NCBI RefSeq assembly: GCF_006345805.1 | Contig: NW_021836534.1 | Location: forward strand, 1-23,925 | DNA: 23,925 nt | Reading direction: 5' to 3' | Origin: Octopus sinensis | Lineage: Eukaryota | Part shown: piece by piece, positions 11,767-20,234 of the stretch | How positions within the stretch are numbered: position 1 is the first letter of the stretch | How the letters are laid out: every line of letters begins with the position of its first letter | The notes under the pieces: model-generated | What the model saw: the letters and a program-made list of their open reading frames with translations, nothing else | What the model was told of the DNA's origin: nothing | Databases searched by the model: none | Program-made: the position numbers and the translations under genes

Positions 11767-11957
11767 TTTCTATTAAAGGCACAAGGCCTGAAATTTGGGG
11801 GAAGGGGACTAGTCAATTACATCGACCCCCGTGTTTCACTGGTACTTAATTCATCAACCCTGAAAGGATTAAAGGTAAAGTCGACCTCGGCAGAATTTGA
11901 ACTCAGAATGTAGTGACAGGTGAAATACCACTAAGCATTTCATCCAGCACGCAAACG
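11767..11957 (-). mobile_element. SINE family B copy fused directly to the 5' end of the RTE fragment
   Basis: Same head and core as 6340-6556 and 10085-10318. The 3' end ...tagaaagga lacks the (TTA)n tail and abuts RTE coding sequence. Confidence 0.85.
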
Positions 11958-12692
11958 ATTCTGCCAGCTCACTGGCATTGTCCCCACCCAACATCACTTG
12001 ACAACCGATGCTGGTGTGTTTATGTTCCTGTAACTTAGCAGTTCAGCAAATAAGACCAATAGAATAAATACTAGGCTTACAAAGAATAAGTCCTGAGATC
12101 GATTTGTTCGACTAAAGGCAGTGCTCCAGCATGGCTGCAGTCAAATGACTGGAACGATTAAAATAAAGTCAAATGGGCAAGCTAAGCAAGCTGTTCACAC
12201 CATTGAATGTGCTTTATCTGCATGGAGCCCTGTTGTTGAAGATTGGTATCCCTATTTACAGTGAGTCCTACTCAATCATTGATCTTCGTCAGGCAGGAAA
12301 GCTGCTTCTCTGGGGAAAGTATATTCTGAAGACCATTACATACCAGCTGCAACCCACAGTTCATACTGTTTAGTTATGTCTGGTACCGCAATAAATGCAC
12401 GAAGAAAGCAAGTCCTGTCATATACCTGGCACAGAAAGGTGCAGATACTGCAAATGTCACAAATGAAAACAAAAGCTGGATAGCTAGTTTTGACCAATTG
12501 CTCCCATCAACAGATAGTTGTCAACCTTCCCAGATATGAATCAAGTTGAGGTTAGGCAATGACAACTGCAGCATCAAAGTAGAGAAGCCTGGACCTCAAA
12601 TGCATGGAATTGACGAGATGATGATTAGAGTAAACTGGAAATTTGGCAGAAAAAGAAACTCACTGAATTGACTTCCTTATTGAGGTGGCGAG

Positions 12693-12998
12693 TGTTGTGC
12701 ATTGAACTCATAATGAATCTGTAACAAATGCTGTATATTTGTTTAAATAGTTAAAAACTGCCAGTCATATGGCATGTAAGAGTTGTATGTGGACTTGTCT
12801 ATATTTTTTTCTTATATATATTGTGATTAAAATAAATGGGGACATACAATTGATTCCATCTCCACAGGATCATGGTTGATGTTGTTACCCCTTCTCATAT
12901 GTTCTGCTGTTGGTTGTGTAGAAATTTGCAGTTTACGGCTACTTGATCTTTGTTCTTATACTGGTGCTTATGAAATAAGCAAATTACAAAACTTGACA
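12693..12998 (+). repeat. Gypsy 3' LTR
   Basis: Has TG...CA termini and is preceded by the purine-rich GAGGTGGCGAG at 12682-12692 (PPT-like). Confidence 0.9.
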
Positions 12999-15900
12999 CT
13001 TCCCTTTCATTTTCAAGTGAAACTTGAAAAAGTTGATGAGGGCTTGGTGAAAGAGGAAAGTCTCTGTCTTCAGCTCTTTTAATCTAGTCCACCACACTAC
13101 CTCTTTCACTAAGGTTACCAGACAAAGAAACACTGCCTGCCCTTTTCAGCCAAAGGAAGCTGCTGGGGGCATGCTTCACAATGAACTCAGCCAATAGTCA
13201 GATCTAACCTACATGAGACAGCTGGTGTTTGGCATAAACGAATGCTTGGACACTAGATGTGAGCATGCAGAACAGTTTCGTCACTCTGTGTACCTCTCAG
13301 GCAAGCCTGTCTGATGGCACTTCCATGCCTGTAGAGTTTATCCCGAACTAACCATCCCCCTAATAGTGCTGCCAGGTTAAGAAATTCTGGAAGTTAACAA
13401 TATGCTCTGGTCTGAAAGTCCTCTGGAACAGACCAGAGTCTTCCTGAGAAAATCGTCACACTTGCCCATCACTAACACTCTACAGAATGTCTGAGTGGAA
13501 CTTCCACCAACTGTGTTGCCTGACTGAAAAAGGACTGTGAGTGTTTGGTGACACTCTAAGAGCTGGGCATCCAGCATCAGTCTGTGCTTGATCCATGACT
13601 GTGAATCAGTCAAAGGGACGAGCTGTAGAAAAGTAAGACTGACAAATGATGATCATACCTACTCACTGGCAAGTAAGTGCTGGAAATGCGCATCAGCAAC
13701 CATGGCATGCTCAGGTCTCCATTCAGTAGGTGTTGACAAGAAATGGAGCGCCTGAACAGTGGAACACGTCCCTTCCACAGAAAACAGAAGAGTATGTTCT
13801 CCAGTTTGGTCAGATGTAAAGGCTTGATGGTAAGGTGATTATATATAATAGAGGTGGTGTAAGTATTCACCACGTCTGCTTGACCTTTCAGAGAAAGCTT
13901 TCTCTTGGCCCATTTCTGAGTGAGATTGGCTATCTGTACAATCATTTTTTCACAGTTCTTCTCCACTTGGAAATCAAGAACAAACCAAACCCTAGCAATT
14001 TAACTCTCTGTCCATCCAGCATCCCACAACATTATTGGAGCACATGGACCTACTTCTCCAGGGTCCAAGCTGATTAATATTTGCTCCTGTCACCACTTTG
14101 TATTCTTTTAGAGCAGTGCCAATCAGGTCTATATACCTGGTGTTTCATATTTCTGCAGTTGTTATCACTTTTTGCAATGCTCTGCCTGCTTGGCTAAGAG
14201 TTAAGGTATACCTTTGATGTAGTCACTGAAGTCCATCCTGCACTCTGGATTGCCATTTGTCCCAAACAGTTGGGTGAAGTGCTGCTGAAAAGCTAAATAC
14301 ATCTTCTTAAACTTGAGTACCATGCACCCATTTAGGGTCACTAAAGACCGAATTATGACCTTGTTTCCCCATTGTATCTCTGCCACTTGGGCCCATTGAG
14401 CAGCTTTCATTCCCTTGTTTCTTAGAGTACACACCTTAGCTCCAACAATGCATCCTTAGCCAGGGCCAATTGCTGTCAGCACATTGGTTGTGACACCTTT
14501 TCTAAACGTCTCTTTTAAGTTTCCCTCTATTCTATTTTCTTTTTCCTTCACTAATGCCTTACTAAACCTAATGGATTCTACTATAATTGCTCTTTTTAGG
14601 GCAAACCACCATTTGTTGCTGATGACTGACCCCGTCGATAACCACTTAACTAATTCGCTAATCTGGTCTCTCAAAGCTTAGCACACCAGAAGTGACATGT
14701 TCAGCTTCCAGTAACTGGGTCCATCTAGGTTGACCATGTAGACCACAAATTTGTAGGCTGTGTAGCTGATGATTTTAAAAAGTGGACAACTTATGCTATC
14801 CTTATCTACTGGCCTTCAAAATACTCTAGCTAGAAAAGTCTTAGATAACCCAATGCAGTTTGCCCACACTGGCACATTTGGGAAATTTAGTTGACACCAG
14901 TCAGACAGTTGAAAACGTTTGAACAGGTTTGTGAGGCTTTTGCACCCTCCTCTTCTAACAGATAGCTCCACACAATCTAAACGTGCATCCAGGATGGTGA
15001 CCAGTCATCCATTAGCATTAAAGGTTGAGATGTTCTCAGGAAAACCTCCAGACATCTGAAGAAATCCAGTTGCCCTGCCCCTGTTGGAATATGAACAACC
15101 ACCAGTCTGAAGGCATCCCCATCACTACTATTCACATCCAGGACCACTTTCTGGGTTCAGGAAGAATGCTCTTATCTTGAGATCCAGACCTTTCTATAAC
15201 AATACTGTACTTCCACCCCCATCCACCATTCTCTGTTGACATAGGGATGAGTAAATCTTGTATCCACTGAAAATGGGCGTGAAACCTTCTCAGTTGGAGA
15301 ATCTGGTCTTACTGATAGCCATGACATATAAACTTAGTATACCTGAGTTCATTGAATAGGTGGTTCTCCAAGGCAACCCCAAGCCATGTGCATTTATACT
15401 GCCTATTTTGAACACGGCTATTTTGGAAAGTGAAATAGACAGAGTGGAGGAAAGAGCTGTTTACAGTGATTTTGTGAGAGAGGGAGGATAGATGTTCTGT
15501 CCCTCTAGTTAGATATGGGTATTTCTACAAGCAGCTCCTTGTAAAGTCTTTTATTAAAGATTCCTCTGAAATTCTTCACCCCATCAGGGTATTTGTATTT
15601 TATGGTGTTGTATTTGTTTTGTTGTGTTACTTGTGTGATTTTTATGTGCATTGGCATGTTAGTTGTTGTTATGAAATTGCTCTGAGTGATGTCTATATGG
15701 TTTTGTATGTATTCCAATAGTGCTTTGTTGGCTGTGTTTATGGTAGTGTAGTTGATGATTTCTAACTTTTGTTTGTGTTGGGATACATGATCAAACTGTT
15801 GTGCTTGTTGTGGTGGCATTTGTGGTAGTGATGGGGATGATGTTTACAATGTAGCTGTTGCTAGGAGTTGTGTTTGAGCATTGTTGCTAAAAGGCATCTC

Positions 15901-17506
15901 GTCTATTTGTTTATATCTGCCAGTTTTTGTATTGGTGTTGATGTGATTTTATTTCTTTTTCTTTTCTTGGTTTTGGTGACCATTTATCATTTAGGCTCCT
16001 CCCTGTCCCATCATTTAGGCTCCTCACCATCCCCTTCATTATAGGACATCTCTGAGTGGAATGAAGAGGGGAGGGGTATGTCTTGGGGAGGTTATTGGTG
16101 TTATTTTGTAGAAATAGTTGTTGTTGTTGCAGTTGTCTGTGATGTGGTAGCCTTTAGTGTTGCTGTGTTTCCTGATGTATTAGCTTCCATTGTTGGTGCT
16201 GTGGTGTTGGCAATGGTGTCAGCAGAAGTGCTGGTTTCTGTTATTGTGGGAAAAAGGCTTTGAGGTGATTTGCGTCATTGCACAGGTGACACTTCAGCTT
16301 TCAGCCCTCAACAGCCAAATGAAGCCTTATGCCATCTGGTAGGCTTATGAAGTCTGGGATGGCTTTGACACTTGGCTGATCTATCTGTATTAGCAGCTGC
16401 ATTCCTTGTCCCAACCAGCTCTGCTTCTGTAGTCTCTGTATCTACAGAATACTGGTTTTATCTTCTATGCCAAAGAGAACCACTGCCACCAACCAGCTGG
16501 TGTTGATTTCTGGAGATATGTTTAATATTCTTATTTTAAACACCATTCAACCAAGGTAAATGGAGATGAAGATTAGTTTGTAACTCATTAGGATAGTTGA
16601 TAAGTGCCTTGCGGCTTCTTCTTCTTACTTCAACCATTCCATATTTTTTCCTCTTGGTTATATATGTTTCCCTGTCCCAAATTGTTTGCATACATTTTTT
16701 TACCTGTTGGTGTGTTACCTGTTGGTGTGTTACCTGCTCTATTCTTCTACTTTATTTTCTTATAGTTTTGTACAGAACTACCTGTAAGTTTGTTGCTGGA
16801 CAGGTCTAGGAGCATTTAGTGCTACATTTCACCTGCATTTTTCCAACATAAATTTTGCACTTTTAAAATCATTCTCATCAAAAAAAATTTCTTCTGTCAT
16901 TTGCTGCATCCACAGTGAAACCACTAACTGCAGATTTACATGGTTTATTTTCATTGTCTTTAGCATTAATGGTGTAAGTGGTGGTGGAGGAGGTAGGCCT
17001 TGCAGGTGTGTGGATGGAAAATTAAAATCTTTTTTTTTTGTTCTGTGATCTTATTTTTGCAGTTGTTGTTGATATATTTATTGGCATTGCTGTTGTTTTT
17101 CCTTTTGTCTTGTTTTTGTTTCTGCATTTCATAGTTTTATTGGTGTGTAAAGTGTACTGGTGGTGGTGTTGCTTTTGCCTTCTTTCTCTTTGAGGTCATT
17201 GTTGTCTGTAGCATATGTAGGTAGCAGTAGGAAACTGTTTTTGTAATGGCTGTTCTAACAACTGTCACCTCCCTCAACTTGGGAAGCTTATTGCATAGTT
17301 TTTGTTTGAGAAATGAAAATTTTTTATTTTAAATCTTAAAATTCACCCTTACAGAGTGAATTCTTCACCTCAACAGCTTGCCAAAAACACTGTGAGCTGG
17401 CTCATATAGAGAAAAGAGCAACAAAATTTAAAATAGCAAATTTGAAAACAACAAATTTCAAGAAAACTTATGAGCCATGAACAAGTGTCCTTTTGCTCCA
17501 GACACA

Positions 17507-17530
17507 AATAATAATAATAATAATAATAAT

Positions 17531-17557
<27 letters not shown>
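17507..17557. repeat. (TAA)n microsatellite 14 nt inside the intron after the GNKIT exon
   Basis: Direct reading; contains one register slip. Confidence 0.95.
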
Positions 17558-17562
<5 letters not shown>

Positions 17563-17571
17563 TATACTCAC

Positions 17572-17680
17572 AGTAATTTTATTACCAAATCCTGCATAGA
17601 ATGGGTTGGAAGGAAAGAGAGCTGCTATATCTTTCAAACAACTGATTTTGAATTCCTGGGGATTTTTATTTACCACTTCC
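17572..17680 (-). CDS. LPIN: Lipin LNS2-domain exon
   Basis: [36 protein letters not shown]. Acceptor tttaattcag, donor GTGAGT at 17571. 109 nt, phase 2/0. Confidence 0.96.
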
Positions 17681-17969
17681 CTGAATTAAATAGGTTTGGG
17701 TAAAGAGAATACAATCAGTGTGAAGATATGGTTTGAAGTACAAGTATGTTTGGGAATTGTAAACAAAGAAATTTAGATAAAAGAGTGTAATGCAACATAG
17801 AGTACAGGTTAACAATCCTTGTGTGATAGAGCACTAATAGTCGTTTACCCTCTTAGTTACTTTATTACTAATGACTTTGCTTTCATCTAATGATTGAATG
17901 TAAGATATACTAATGCTGTAACCTTCAGACTTATGAAAAGTTATTAGATAACAGTAATAACTAAACACG

Positions 17970-18046
17970 CTTTGTGATCATTCCAGATATCAAATTAGGA
18001 ATATGTGACACAGTACATCTGATCTGAACAAAAACAAAGAAAATCA
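17970..18046 (-). pseudogene. Decayed partial duplicate of the lipin SDVLGH exon with its splice acceptor
   Basis: 64/77 nt identical to 18834-18910 without gaps. Reads SDVLCHIFLI* with TGA at 17990-17992. The AG acceptor is intact at 18024-18025. Confidence 0.85.
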
Positions 18047-18647
18047 CAATATAATAGTTCCACTATTTACAGAGAAGTATGTTTGTGTAACTGTAATAAT
18101 ATAGTTAACATTGTTGTTATAGTTGACCTAACTGCAATACAGTACATCCTAAATAAACACATATCTTCCCCAGTGGGCTGGCCTATTGTAGGAAATAATT
18201 GGTGCAAAAAAAAAAAACAATCACGAATGTTTTCAATATGTAGGAAAAATGTTCATGATGTTTCATATTCTACTGCAAACAGGAGCTATGATCAGTAAGT
18301 ATCTTTGCCTGCAACTCAGCCTAGAGTTAGGAACTGGATTGCAATTATCAATGCAAAGAATAAATGTATTTCTCAATTCAGTCATTTACTATTAAACAAA
18401 CATGTTTGGTTGATATTTCTCATTGACAGTGCCTTTATATTATTCTAGTAGACAAAAGAGGAAAAAAATGTTTCAACCAGCTAAAGGGTTAATGGCTTAG
18501 AGAAACATAACCAGGAACATGGCACTAAAAAACCCCAAAATCACAGACGTGGTGATGATGATGATGTCACACCACTGCATGATGGATTGTACCTGTGATT
18601 CAACAACAAGAATTAAGTATCAAAGGCATTTCTCTCAGAGTACGTAC

Positions 18648-18887
18648 CTGTGAAGTGCACTTATTAAAGAGGTTGGGTTTAGCAGGAGGGGACCATCAGG
18701 TAACTCTAAGCCACCTTGTTTAATACTTTTTAACAGTTCCTTGGTTCCACGAGACTGTCCAATGGCCCTGGCACTGAGGTAGACAAATTTATAACTGTTG
18801 TTGTTAATGCGTGTGAACAATTCTGCAACCCCACTTTGTGACCATTCCAAACCCAAAATTGGGAAGATGTGGCCCAGTACATCTGAT
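18648..18887 (-). CDS. LPIN: Lipin LNS2-domain exon
   Basis: SDVLGHIFPILGLEWSQSGVAELFTRINNNSYKFVYLSARAIG...LPDGPLLLNPTSLISALH(R). Acceptor tttctatttag, donor GTACGT at 18647. 240 nt, phase 2/2. Confidence 0.97.
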
Positions 18888-19044
18888 CTAAATAGAAACA
18901 AAGAAAATCAGTCAAATTAAAGAAACAATACCAATGGGTAAATCATAATTCAAGGATTTTATTATCATCTTGTATGTTATTGTTGAGCCCTAAGTGACAT
19001 ACATTCCAGCCATGGCCATTCCATTTCTTTATGTTATCTATAGA

Positions 19045-19240
19045 GTGGCCAAATAGCTAAGAAGTTTGTAATCATGAGATCCAAGGTTCTCACTGCATGA
19101 TGGACTGTACATATGATTCAAAGCTGCAGCCTTGGAATTACATTAAAGTTATACATAACAGTCAAATACTCAACCATTTACATTGTAATTCAATAAGCAG
19201 GTAATTCAGTTGATCAAACAAATGAATCTTCATTGTTAAA
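19045..19240 (+). mobile_element. Degenerate SINE-like remnant
   Basis: tRNA-like start (gtggccaaatagctaag) and a body resembling a repeat recalled from octopus genomes. Not database-checked. Confidence 0.4.
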
Positions 19241-19510
19241 ACTGAGAGAGATCTGTTCGCTTTATAGTTTAATGTGCCTTTTTCTTAAAGATAGCAGGAT
19301 TTTTGAGGGATTTCTAGCTGGTCCAGCAACTACACAGAGGCTTCCTCATTAGCTTGTAATGAGGATAAATTGTGTCAATTCATCAATATACTTCATCCCA
19401 CTCCTGTTAATACAGTAACACAGAGATCAATTTATCCAGCTCTACTGTTAAATTGGTTCTGTATCAAAGCAAAAACAAATAATTTTATAATTTTATCTAT
19501 ATTTTTATTA

Positions 19511-20234
19511 CATGGAAAAATGCAATCAAGGGATTTAATATTCTTTAGATAATAAACCTGGAAAATTACAGGAAAAGTTCAGGAACAACTTATTACATCT
19601 GGTAAAGTACAGAACAAGAAAAATTTTATTTAAAATATTGTGGCTAAAGTTAAAATTTCAAATAAAATATTTAGATTTAGAAAATATTAAATTTTATTAC
19701 GAGTTATTACTTCTATTTGTTATTACTTGTTACTTCTATTAAAAATTAAAAAATAACCCAAAATATATTTTGCACTTTAGTTATATATTACAGTAAAATC
19801 TTCCTATAACAACAAATTCACAGTAAAATTTGCTTGAGTTATTACCTAAGTTATTGCCAAGTCTTCATATTTTTAGTCTTGATCCAATGCCTGTTTAGTA
19901 CATAATGATTTTGCCTACCATATATACTATTCTACTTTGCATAAAACTTTAGCTATATGGGTACTTCTAGCTCTCATTTTTTAAAGTATTCTAGTGTGTC
20001 AATATGTGAATAAAATAATGGTATTTTTAAATTATAATGTTACTTTTTAAATGAAAATCAAATAATTTTTAATATTCAAATTTTATCCTTAGCTGCAGTA
20101 TTTTAAGTAAAAATTTTCTTGTTCTCTACTTGTAATAAGTTGTCCTGAACTTTTCCAAGTGTATTAACTTGTCCTGTAGTTTTCCAGGTTTATTATCTCA
20201 AGAATATTATTTCTCTTGCTCACATTTTTCCATG
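19511..20234. mobile_element. Fold-back MITE-like element flanked by TA
   Basis: Imperfect inverted arms at about 19511-19680 and 20055-20234. Termini CATGGAAAAATG...CATTTTTCCATG, with TA at 19509-19510 and 20235-20236. Confidence 0.7.

Larger units (their letters stand above)
9928..12168 (+). mobile_element. tRNA-derived SINE (family A here), split by two younger insertions
   Basis: Head at 9928-10084 with A/B-box-like motifs (TGGTTGTGTGGTAAG, GGTTCAGTCCC). Middle at 10335-10380, 3' half at about 11958-12168. Homologous pieces occur at 5470-5840. Removing it restores the integrase CATCCACAG/TCAAATGGG (HPQ-SNG). Confidence 0.85.
6887..12998 (+). mobile_element. Decayed Ty3/Gypsy LTR retrotransposon (gag-PR-RT-RNaseH-IN)
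   Basis: Two LTRs. gag knuckle NCGKKGHYAKVC (about 7890-7930), protease DTGAS (about 8055), RT YQDD (about 8805), RNase H IECEAFAIVWA (about 9320), integrase YHPQ/SNGQ split by a SINE insertion at 9928-12168. Frameshifted and full of stops. Confidence 0.92.
6572..17506 (-). mobile_element. Decayed near-full-length Tx1/L1-like non-LTR retrotransposon, interrupted by the Gypsy element at about 6887-12998
   Basis: ORF1 remnant with a gag-type knuckle (CHLCNDANHLKAF, about 16260-16300). ORF2 APE start VFKIGSINAHGL (about 15415) and GPSYWKLN (about 14700). WAKRKLSLKG...FLWKG region at 13610-13966. Degenerate C-terminal CCHC (about 13250-13305). The ORF2 end continues at 6890-6790. The 3' end is AATAAA followed by (TTA)n at 6556-6582. 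Many stops and frameshifts. Confidence 0.8.

Noticed and set aside
11060-11782. 240-aa ORF as a host gene
   Set aside because: It is an RTE ORF2 C-terminal fragment. Its N-terminal residues come from the fused SINE, and degenerate homologues occur at 23395-23690.
6880-13005. Target-site duplication of the Gypsy element
   Set aside because: The flanks (ctct/ctat versus cttcc) do not give a clean 4-6 bp match and the 5' LTR start is eroded.
15983-16740. Small tandem duplications (tcatttaggctcctc x2; ttacctgttggtgtg x2.5)
   Set aside because: These are ordinary slippage events inside a dead LINE.
17948-17962. Candidate editing-complementary sequence for the Ser/Gly codon (12 of 15 bp)
   Set aside because: The match is short and AT-rich, about 840 nt away, and not distinguishable from chance without folding statistics.
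17720-18023. Functional mutually exclusive alternative exon
   Set aside because: There are in-frame TGA codons at positions 11 and 15, and homology fades after about 55 nt.
18150-18170. Possible third copy of the exon start (cagtacatc-ctaaata)
   Set aside because: Only 9+7 nt match with a gap and no flanking homology, which is compatible with chance.
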